Of a stretch of 38,376 bases of DNA, positions 12,401-21,613 are shown one piece after another. The stretch spans positions 1 through 38,376 of the forward strand of contig NW_005434553.1 of assembly GCF_000315625.1 (NCBI RefSeq), given 5' to 3'. Each line of letters opens with the position of its first letter. The stretch's first letter is position 1. Origin of the DNA: Guillardia theta CCMP2712 (lineage: Eukaryota; Protista; Cryptophyta). The notes beneath the pieces were generated by a model. It searched no databases. It saw only the letters and a list, made by a program, of their open reading frames with translations, and had not been told where the DNA came from. A program made the position numbers and the translations under genes.

Positions 12401-13239
12401 GTCAGGACTCTGGGGCGCGCTCAGCTGCTTCGCCCCGCCAGGGATGGCAGAGCCATGGAGATGCTCGTGGAACTGAGTAGCACATGATGGCGTCGAAGCC
12501 GGGCCGGTGAGGTCTGTTGGAAGAAGCATGCTCAATGCCTCATCCTTCTTCATCGTCAGAGACGGGAAAGAGTTGAACTGCGCAGATAGCTGGGAACAAC
12601 CCCTCTGAAGCACCTTTGAGGAAGGTCAAGGACGAGTATGTGAATCATGGTTTGCGACGATCTACGTCAAGTGCTGGAGCGAAGACCTAGATCCCTCCAA
12701 CAGGTCTGAGAAAGTGTAAGGGTGTGAGAATGGGAAGGAAACCCTTGGGATTTTTCTCGAGGTTGTAAATCGAGACACGGAATCAGCTTCTCAGTTGATA
12801 ACATCGAGTAGTTAGGACCCGAAATTTTACGGGTTGCAGATGTCAGAGTGAATGGTTAAGGCACTCCCATTGAAAATGTAGTGTAGGAATTATGTTTGTT
12901 AGCGAATAAGCCCCGTGAAGGATCGAGTCATAACAGGGACGAAGGATCATTGGCAGTCACCTGGGCCTGTCTTAAGTGATACGGGATCGGGGTCAGCGAT
13001 GGTAGAGCTGTTGTCAAATGCTGACGGTAAAACTCTTTCGATTGCCAGGGTCCATAGACGAATACTTCTGTTTCATCGAACCTGGTAGAGTGCCTCGCTA
13101 GGTTCCAGGCTTCAATGATTCAATGAAAAAACTTTGCAATCCTTCAGTATCAACGGATACCTAAGTACTGTATCTCCTAGTTTGCCTTTGAATCATGCAC
13201 TGCGGCAATCGTTCCGTGTCGCCTGGTGCCATGATTGAG

Positions 13240-13862
13240 CCATGGTCACAGCCAGACGGTCACGGGGTCGTCCTCGCACCACCGTGATCGGACTGACAGC
13301 GAGTCTGCCAGTCCATCACCTGTCATGGCCGCCCGGCGGCAATGATCCCGGCGATCAGTGGCCTGTGCCGTGTGCCGCGGCAGGAAGATGCAAGCCTAGC
13401 AGTAACAAGGCGGCGGGGCATTCGCAGATCTGTGACTCCCACCGTCACTCAGTCACTGGCAGCTGCCGCCCGCGCATCATGAGTCGGATTCCGAGTCAAT
13501 GATTCCGACTGGCAGTGTCGCTGTTGGTGAAAGTATCGGATGATCCGATGATCGCCGCCGGAGCCTAGTGACCGTGCCACGCCGCCCCGTCATACTAGGC
13601 CGCTAATAAGCCTTGAAGCGGCTGCCAGGAGCCTGATCGGACCGTACAGGCGGGGGGCTGTACAGGCCCGGCCCGACGGTCCGATCCGATCGTACCGTAG
13701 TACGGTCCGGTCGGCCGGGCGGACCGTCGGACCGCGCCGCACGGGCCCCACGGGCCAGCCTGGTTCAATGGTTTTCAAGCATGGCATCATGAGTACCACG
13801 GTGATCGGACTGAGATTGATTCCCGCCGCCGGGCACGGGGAAGGGGGGGGGGGGGGGGGGGG
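13240..13862. other. GC-rich quasi-palindromic intergenic tract ending in poly-G
   Basis: Many CCGG/GTAC/GATC short palindromes; GTGATCGGACTGA occurs twice. Confidence 0.6.
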
Positions 13863-13962
13863 NNNNNNNNNNNNNNNNNNNNNNNNNNNNNNNNNNNNNN
13901 NNNNNNNNNNNNNNNNNNNNNNNNNNNNNNNNNNNNNNNNNNNNNNNNNNNNNNNNNNNNNN
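13863..13962. other. Assembly gap (100 N)
   Basis: N run. Confidence 1.
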
Positions 13963-13963
13963 A

Positions 13964-14650
13964 ATTCATCGAGGACACGGATGGGGTCTGAGGAGGAGGG
14001 TGGAAAAGTCGCTTGCTCGGGAGTTCGGAAGCAGGTTCCACCTGGAGATTTTCCCACTGAGTGCTGAACTGAGATGCGAGCTGATGAAGAAAACCAGGAT
14101 TCTGATCGTCGTCGGAGGTTGTCTGGGCATCGACGAGGCGCAACGATGTCCGTCATCGGGGTACTGGGGAGAGGAGGTATACGAGGCGATGAGGTGCGGG
14201 GCGTTTGTGGTGCACAACTTCGTTCAAGGGATGGAGGAGCATTTCGACAACGGAACTCAGCTGATATTCTTTGATGGGGAGGACTTGAGGCATCTGAATA
14301 TCATGGTGGATCACTATCTCAAGTCTGAGGAGGAGAGAGAGCAGATTCGAGTGAATGGACAGGAGCATGTTTTGATGTACCACACGCGCAAGGCGAGGTT
14401 GAGATTCTTGTTTGATCAAATCTTCCATTCTCAACATGGAGGCATTCAAGAAGATGATGAATGTTTTGACAAATCGATGGGGGAGAGTGACTTTTGCAGA
14501 AACTTGCGCGAGGGGGGGGGGGCGGCCTCACTGAGTCACACTCGCCTCCCGAGTTTCGGAAGTTTCATCATCTTTCATCATCAGTGCTCAACGGTTTTCA
14601 CTGAGTCACTCACTCACTGTCAGTCCCGCCAGCCTCATAGGCCGGGCTGA
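13964..14650 (+). CDS. CgeB-like / Glyco_trans_1_2 (GT-B) glycosyltransferase C-terminal domain, 5'-truncated by the gap
   Basis: YWGEEVYEAMRCGAFVVHNFVQGMEEHFDNGTQLIFFD...VDHYLKSEEEREQIRVNGQEHVLMYHTRKARL matches the family pattern; the frame is open from the gap edge. Confidence 0.75.
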   Translation: MHRGHGWGLRRRVEKSLAREFGSRFHLEIFPLSAELRCELMKKTRILIVVGGCLGIDEAQRCPSSGYWGEEVYEAMRCGAFVVHNFVQGMEEHFDNGTQLIFFDGEDLRHLNIMVDHYLKSEEEREQIRVNGQEHVLMYHTRKARLRFLFDQIFHSQHGGIQEDDECFDKSMGESDFCRNLREGGGAASLSHTRLPSFGSFIIFHHQCSTVFTESLTHCQSRQPHRPG

Positions 14651-15383
14651 GTCGGAGATTACGGCCCGGTCAGTTCCTCCGAGTCAGCAAAGGCGTGACA
14701 GTGATCCGAAAATTTTTTTTTTCGAAAATAGGAGTTTAATTCGACCTTAGGACTGTCATACTTGCTTGAAGAAAGCTTACACCCTGGTGAAAATCTGCTT
14801 TGATTCAATTGAGAAATCGATCACCTTGGGACCATGGGGTAATCAAACTCTTGGGTGAGGAAGTTTGCACCATGGCCGCCCCAGGGGTAAAGTCTGCCTT
14901 TACTACACGTCAGCCAGGATGAGTAATTTACTACACAGTCTCCCCTGATCTTCCTTTATAGAGGTTAGCGACTCGCCCGATCCCTCACGTCTCTCCCCGC
15001 CCTCCTGCTCCTGCTCCTTCTCTTCCTCCTGCTCTATCTCCACTCTTGCTGTCCCATCGTGTTCTGCTCCAACTTAGCTTGCTGCCTCCTACAGCCTGCT
15101 TGCTTCCTCCTGGCACATTCCATTAACTCGAGCTATTCCCCTATCCTCCCTGCACACTTTCGTAGGTTCTTGCTAGATCCGGATCCAAGGCTTGTCGCCG
15201 ACCATAGACCAGATCGTTTTCAAAAGATCAAACTCTTCCCAACGCTCAATTTTCTCTGAGGGTCTCAACCCTCAAGTGGAACCAACCTGCTCTTCCTTCT
15301 GCGAGCGGCCTCTGCCAAAGAGCTCGCGTTCGGACTTGCACTGTGCGGCCACAATTCCTCAAAAATTTTCAACTTGTATAACC

Positions 15384-15821
15384 ATGCAATCTGCATATAC
15401 TCCATCCTCCTCTGATTCCGACTCGGAGACCTCCAAGCACACAGCACAGGTCCTTCCACGCAAGTGCTTCCTCAAGGACTCCAAGGAGCGCGTGGGCGGT
15501 GCCGTCGTCCTGAGCCCCGCATCGCTATCGAAGCTGTTCCACATGCGGCAGCTGGACGCAGCGAAGCACCTTGGGATCTCGCTGACGTCACTCAAGAGCG
15601 CGTGCCGGCGCATCGGGCTTGATCGATGGCCCTACGAGAGGACGTACGAGCGCATGTCGGAGAGAGGATGCAGGAAGGGAAGCAGGAAGGGGAGGAAGGA
15701 GTCAGCGAGGGAATCGGGGAAGGAACTGGAAGAGACAAGAGGAGGGTACGGGGAGGCATATTCTTTGTTCGACGAGGCCCTGGAGCATGTGGAATCTGGG
15801 ATCTTCTCTTATGCTATGTGA
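15384..15821 (+). CDS. RWP-RK domain transcription factor, copy 1
   Basis: LSPASLSKLFHMRQLDAAKHLGISLTSLKSACRRIGLDRWPYER; intronless. Confidence 0.9.
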   Translation: MQSAYTPSSSDSDSETSKHTAQVLPRKCFLKDSKERVGGAVVLSPASLSKLFHMRQLDAAKHLGISLTSLKSACRRIGLDRWPYERTYERMSERGCRKGSRKGRKESARESGKELEETRGGYGEAYSLFDEALEHVESGIFSYAM

Positions 15822-16564
15822 AATCCCTTGTTTGTGTGGCCATCGCAAGTACTAGGTGTGCGTGTGTGTTTTTCTATATGGAGGAGCAAGTAAAGAGTGC
15901 AAGAATAAAAAGTTGTGAAATACACGATTTCATTCCAAGTCAAATATGTAGGCAAATCTATTATACCAATACCCCTTTCGGCACCATTCATTCCGTCCTT
16001 TCCCATTCTCACTCTAATCTTTGCATGTGTCCACCGGTATCAGCGAGCAGTTTCACTCTGTACAACATGAACCTTCTTTAAGAAAAATGTTTCAAGATAG
16101 CTCATCTTTCATTGCAAAGAACTGTTCAGCACATCCGCGTAGTTCAAGTATGTGTTCTTCTTCCTTGATACCCCTTCCACATGCTCCAGGGCCTCGTCGA
16201 ACAAAGAATATGCCTCCCCGTACCCTCCTCTTGTCTCTTCCAGTTCCTTCCCCGATTCCCTCGCTGACTCCTTCCTCCCCTTCCTGCTGCCCTTCCTGCA
16301 TCCTCTCTCCGACATGCGCTCGTACGTCCTCTCGTAGGGCCATCGATCAAGCCCGATGCGCCGGCACGCGCTCTTGAGTGACGTCAGCGAGATCCCAAGG
16401 TGCTTCGCTGCGTCCAGCTGCCGCATGTGGAACAGCTTCGATAGCGATGCGGGGCTCAGAACGACGGCACCGCCCACACGCTCCTTGGAGTCCTTGAGGA
16501 AACGCTTGCGAGGAAGGACCTGCGCTGTGTGCTGGGAGGTCTCCGAGTCAGAATCGGAGGAAGA
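15405..16564. repeat. Inverted repeat: 390-bp arms (15405-15794 and 16175-16564) with a 380-bp spacer
   Basis: Arms align without indels, about 10 mismatches by eye. Confidence 0.95.
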
Positions 16565-16642
16565 CCAAGCGGAGGAATCGTTGTCGAAGAAGCTAGAGAA
16601 AGAAGTAATCGGAATGGACATCGCCATCTGCGCTACTTGCAT
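16109..16642 (-). CDS. RWP-RK domain transcription factor, copy 2 (convergent)
   Basis: Same RWP-RK domain with different N- and C-termini; start could be 16642, 16627 or 16621. Confidence 0.9.
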   Translation of the reverse strand: MQVAQMAMSIPITSFSSFFDNDSSAWSSSDSDSETSQHTAQVLPRKRFLKDSKERVGGAVVLSPASLSKLFHMRQLDAAKHLGISLTSLKSACRRIGLDRWPYERTYERMSERGCRKGSRKGRKESARESGKELEETRGGYGEAYSLFDEALEHVEGVSRKKNTYLNYADVLNSSLQ

Positions 16643-17364
16643 CGGTATCTGATTGCCACTACAATCCGCTCCGAAGTAAGCAAGAATCAGCCAACAATAA
16701 GAGGTTGGGTCCAAGAACAAAGGATCAAGGTAGGAGGAGGATGTTGCTGTGACAAGGATGTAGAGGGAGCAGGTGGAAGAACAGCAGGAATGAGTGGTGC
16801 TGGTGTTGGGAAGCTCTGGTTTGGAGGAAGGGGGAGCGGCTGATTATGTAGGGAAGGCCGAGGGGGGACAAGCCCAATAGGAGGATGGTTGGCTGTTGTA
16901 AAGTTTCTGTGATGACAGCTGCGCTGTGGTAAATAACAATGTTTTCAGTGGTAAAGAGATGTTCGCCTTTTTTGCCGGTGTCATGCGGCCTGAAAGTAGC
17001 CAGAAGGTGGGTTGTAAACATGGGGTGTTGTGGAAAATGTCGTCAAGAGGTCGATGGGGATCGACCAAGTCCAGACAGCCTTGTGAGGGTTGAAATTTCT
17101 TATACAAACATGCTATTGAAGAAGAGGGATGTGGGTACCTTAGACATAGTAAAGACCTCGGGGAATAATAGACCTTGGGTTTGAAGGCGCTCTGTTGCCA
17201 CAATCTGAAGATTGAGAGGTATCGTGATGCAGTGAGATCCCGAGAATTTCGGTGGTAAGAACCTCATGACTGTGTAGTAATTTAGGAGGCATATCACTTC
17301 CTCCGTCAGATCCTCCGCAATTGATGACCTCGTGATGACTTCCGATCAACAAAGGATGACGGCT

Positions 17365-17433
17365 TGATGACCCCCTGATGACCCCCTGATGACCCCATGA
17401 TTACGCATGATGACCCGTGATGACCCGTGATGA
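17365..17433. repeat. (TGATGACCCC)n-like decamer tandem repeat
   Basis: About six degenerate copies. Confidence 0.85.
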
Positions 17434-17704
17434 CACAATCATTACCCCTTCTTCCCCTGGGGAAGGACCCCTATCTACCATTTTACAACTGAGATACCAG
17501 ATGATTACTGCCTGGTGTTTCAATGATGACAAGTCTGGTAGTAATCTGAGGAAAACATCGTTTGATGCTGACGACTCCGAGTGGTAATCATCTCTCGACC
17601 CTGTGTAGTAAAAACCATCTGGGGCCTCAAAAGGCAGACAAATTGCACCTGGCCTGCAAAACATCACTGCCCTCAGAGGATACCTAAAATATTTACTCAA
17701 GTGA

Positions 17705-18010
17705 GGACGGGCCGCCGGGCTCGCCGGGGGGATACACTGCCAGGCTGGCCTGGCCCGGCCGCACTGTTGAAGGCCCGCGGCCGGGCTGACTGGCACCCGG
17801 CCACTGTCGGAGTTCAACACTTCAAGTACTGAGTTGTTCAACGGTTGCCGCCGACCGTCGGTCGGACCGGCCGGGCGTCACGCCGTCTGGCAACTTTCAA
17901 GTACTGAGTTGTTCCGAAACGGTTGCCGCCCGCCGAGGCCCGCGGCACACTTGTTGAACTCGGAACTTCCGAAGTTCCGAGGAAGAAAAATCCGGGCCGA
18001 TGGTACCAGG
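17705..18010. promoter_or_regulatory. GC-rich tract with a ~33-bp direct repeat (17821, 17896) and a perfect palindrome TCGGAACTTC-C-GAAGTTCCGA (17960-17980)
   Basis: Repeat and palindrome are seen directly; a regulatory role is inferred. Confidence 0.45.
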
Positions 18011-18468
18011 TCAGATTATTCACGGTACTTTTTATGATCCTCGTACTCTTATTGTATTGGATATGTAAAAGCGATAGTACAGGAAACTATACATTTCAGT
18101 GAAAATCTGTACAAATATTGTCTCAGGAATCTTTCGATCACGGTACAAAATAAAACTTATACTATTGATATAAAAACACATCTCAAATATTAAAAAACAC
18201 ATCTCAAACTTCTTTTTGGGCTTCGTACCGGTCAGAGACGCATCGAAATGGTCCCCCTACCCCCTACAATCTACCCTTTGTCTTCTCTATACCCCCCGAT
18301 GGTACCCTGTCTACCCACCCTTTCTGCATGCAATGACATGGCACCCACCACCAATTTCTTTTGTTTACTGATATCAACCACCCCTCACCCCCTCACCCCC
18401 TCACCACCCTTACTGACCTTCTAAGTCTGGGACGGGAGCGTCGGCCGGCAAGCTCCCCCCGCACAGCA

Positions 18469-19728
18469 ATGCCGCACGGACCTTTCTCTCTCCAACTCGC
18501 CCCCGGGGCCTTCATCGAGGAAGAGCTCGACATTTCCAAGCACATGTTGATCATCTCCACCCGTGATTACAACCATTGTATACATGTGCAGAACTCGGTT
18601 GATGCAGCCATCAACTGGAGTAATTCGACTCTCGCAACTCCTGCGCACCCGAAGATCTTCACGAGCTTTGTGCAGGGCAACGATGAAGACAGACCTTCCG
18701 GTCATTCAGAGATGAGGGCCACCATCACACATGGGCTCGATCAGCTAGAAATCAATATGACAGGAAACAGCATCAACGCAGCACCGCCTGCGCAATCCTC
18801 TTGGCTGGACTGGATAAACAGGCAGTCCATTCCGACTCCAGAACAGCTGACGATAGTCAGTGCCGACCTGAGTGACGGCTTCTTGAAAGAGGAAAATCTC
18901 AACCTCAGTGTTGAGGCGCAGGACAAGGACCCCATTTCATATGGGCTTGACGTCACCATCAAGCCAGGCATGTTGTCCAGCTTGAAACTGATCCAGTATC
19001 GCAGCATCGAAACCATGGGCAATGCCTATCTGCTTGCTATCTGCTGGTATGGGGCGAGGCTAATTGGGAACCAGCTCCAGTCTTTGAGCGATAGCATGGG
19101 GGAGGAAAGATGGACCATGTGTGAACTCGAAGGCAAACTCTTCAAGCTCACGGGAGTCTATCCCATCATACAGAACTCTGATTCCAACCAACCTCCGAGC
19201 AAGCTCCAGATCAAACGTGCCTTTGATCGTATCACGTGGCTAGCCATGGCCATTCGCGCATACTGGACGAAGAAGGAGTTCAACAAAGACCAGGGGGATC
19301 TTAGCAATGTCATGTGCAACGCTATCCTGCAACTCGGCCTCAAGTCTGCTGTTTCTAAGGAGAAAGATGGAGCTTGCATCAACGACTTTGTCGGTTCAGT
19401 GATGCATCACAGCAACCCTGCCACTGGAGAGTGCCAATGGGAGTTGCATTTAGATTACAGCGACGAGGCAAAGAACAAGTACACCAGGATCCAGGATGGA
19501 GCAAGGGAGCGGTCTGCTGCTAAGAAGCGGACGAGGCAAGACAGTGGTCTGGATGGTGGAAGAGGTCAGTCGGCCAAGAAGAGGCGTCCTGCCGATGTCG
19601 AAGGTTCGCCAGCTCGCATTCGCCGCCCTTCGAAGCAAGTCCGAACAGCACTTTTGTCAGAGCTCTACCCACCACAACAGTATTTACAATACTACACTGA
19701 TGGCCCTGCAACTACTCTGAAATACTGA
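18469..19728 (+). CDS. Intronless hypothetical protein (419 aa) with basic NLS-like clusters
   Basis: Uninterrupted ORF with globular composition; AAKKRTRQ...AKKRRP near the C-terminus. Confidence 0.7.
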   Translation: MPHGPFSLQLAPGAFIEEELDISKHMLIISTRDYNHCIHVQNSVDAAINWSNSTLATPAHPKIFTSFVQGNDEDRPSGHSEMRATITHGLDQLEINMTGNSINAAPPAQSSWLDWINRQSIPTPEQLTIVSADLSDGFLKEENLNLSVEAQDKDPISYGLDVTIKPGMLSSLKLIQYRSIETMGNAYLLAICWYGARLIGNQLQSLSDSMGEERWTMCELEGKLFKLTGVYPIIQNSDSNQPPSKLQIKRAFDRITWLAMAIRAYWTKKEFNKDQGDLSNVMCNAILQLGLKSAVSKEKDGACINDFVGSVMHHSNPATGECQWELHLDYSDEAKNKYTRIQDGARERSAAKKRTRQDSGLDGGRGQSAKKRRPADVEGSPARIRRPSKQVRTALLSELYPPQQYLQYYTDGPATTLKY

Positions 19729-20075
19729 ACGATTGCTGCTGTCAATGAAGTGTGTGGTACTATCTAACACCTAATTTGAAGTAGTTTGAAGACTTGATTT
19801 GCCATTTCGGTGGGCCATTCATCGTCAAGTAGTCATACAAGCAAATCATAAAGGAAACCCGTCTGTGTCAGGATGGCATGAAAAATTCACTAGGACAAGA
19901 CCACATGCTTGTCATTCACTGCACATGGAATGTGGATGAAGGTTTCGTTTCAAAAAATCACAGTCTGACAACGTGTTTCATTTCATTTCCGTATTGAGAT
20001 CTGTCAACCGATCGCATCGTTCTCCTCTGGGAGATTCTTCACACACACCTCTTCCTCATCTATCAAGGTGCTTCA

Positions 20076-20475
20076 TCAACGTGTGAAGCCCGAAGCATGC
20101 TGGGTTGACTCCCTTCCTCAGTCGATCAAGAATCCCTGTCGGCCTGAGGTGCTCTGCTTCCAGCTCCTGCACAACATGCTTCGCTCTCTCTCCTACCTGG
20201 TCATTCTTTATCTTCATCCAGATCTCTTTACACTGCTCCCAGCATGGCGTCTTGATGGATGCCGCACAAGAACTCGCAACGAGGCTGTTGCTGGCACCTA
20301 GCAGGAGCGAGAGTCAAGGTGCAAAAGCCTCCTGAAGTCTCTTCTCACCCTCAAACATCTCGCGGAGAGCATGCTCTTCTTCTTCTGAGTTCCAGGCTCG
20401 ATTCTTCTCCTCCTGCTTGAACTGCTCGTCCTTCCGCGCCACCTCCTCGAAGCTCCCTCCTTCCCCCACTGCCAT
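20076..20475 (-). CDS. Small hypothetical protein, about 3 exons
   Basis: MAVGEGGSFEEVARKDEQFKQEEKNRAWNSEEEEHALREMFE/GASNSLVASSCAASIKTPCWEQCKEIWMKIKNDQ/...; good donor sites, last exon uncertain. Confidence 0.45.
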
Positions 20476-20674
20476 GTGGCGCCGAACTTTGAAAGTTTGG
20501 CAATTGAATAAAACTTCAAAACTTTGCATGTAGTTTTGAATTCTGAAAACTTCGGGAAAAGAACGTGCAGACACCGTGCATACCAACTAGGCAAACCATA
20601 TGTATCATCGCCCACTCACGGCGACTCTTCGCGTCCTGCATCGCGGCAGCGCAGGTAATGGGAGGGCAAAGGGA

Positions 20675-20860
20675 GAGAGAGCAGAGAGCAGAGAGCAGCG
20701 AGCAGAGAGCAGCGAGCAGAGAGCAGCGAGCAGAGAGCAGAGAGCAGAGAGCAGAGAGCAGAGAGCATAGAGCAGAGAGCAGAGAGCAGAGAGCAGAGAG
20801 CAGAGAGCAGAGAGCAGAGAGCAGAGAGCAGAGAGCAGAGAGCAGAGAGCAGAGAGCAGA
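20675..20860. repeat. (GAGAGCA)n heptamer repeat
   Basis: About 25 visible copies; probably inside a 5'-UTR intron (GTAATG donor at ~20655). Confidence 0.95.
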
Positions 20861-21613
20861 GGATGGAAAGATGTGAGAGATGGGGGGGGGGAGGGGAGAG
20901 AGAGAGGAGAGTGAAAACAAGCAGATGAACTTGAGTACTGAAGAAAGGGATGTTGAAGGTGTAAAGAGTAGAATAGAAATGATAAGGTCATGGAAGGAGA
21001 TATTGAATGAGCTAGTCAAAACGTGGAGTGGTGATATATGGAAATAATTCGAGGCACATTCATATATGAACATGGACGAGAGGATGGAGACTGTTAAAAT
21101 GAAAAACTTTCAAGTCAGCACTAACCGTTGTTATGCAAAGAGCGATTTAGATGTGGAGCAGAATAAGATATTTTTTTAAACGATAATTCGATGTATAATG
21201 AGCATGTCCATTTGAAGAACTCAGGTTCAGAGTGTGACGTATCAGAGTCAGTGTTGAGGCAGCATTTGAAAGATCTGCTGATGTGAGATCCACAGACCTT
21301 TGTAGTAGATTTCAAATTGTCTGTGTTTCACAACTCCTTATTTTTTTTCTTTGATGCTGTGAAGCATTGTTTTGTGATTGCGTAGACTAAAGAAAAAATG
21401 ATCACAAGTCTAAACCTGTGTGGACAGAGAGATAAAGTAAGAGAGGTCAGAGAGTGAGAGGAATATGGAGGTAACGACAGGAAATGAGAGTTGTTCAGTG
21501 AGACAAGCAGGGAAGGATAATGAGAGCGATAGTCTTTTTCCTGCGCAATGAACGATATGTGACCACGTGTTCTCTTTGCTAATGTTTGGTTGCTATCGCA
21601 CCACAGGGCAATC

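Noticed and set aside
12480-12705. Possible kinase-like remnant (LRK/CWSEDLDP) with splice-like signals
   Set aside because: No continuous frame could be built and no catalytic motifs are present
15405-16564. Inverted repeat as DNA-transposon TIRs
   Set aside because: The arms are RWP-RK coding sequence, and no transposase or TSD is seen
17365-17930. Short repeats as a CRISPR array
   Set aside because: No regular repeat-spacer periodicity, no cas genes, and the context is eukaryotic
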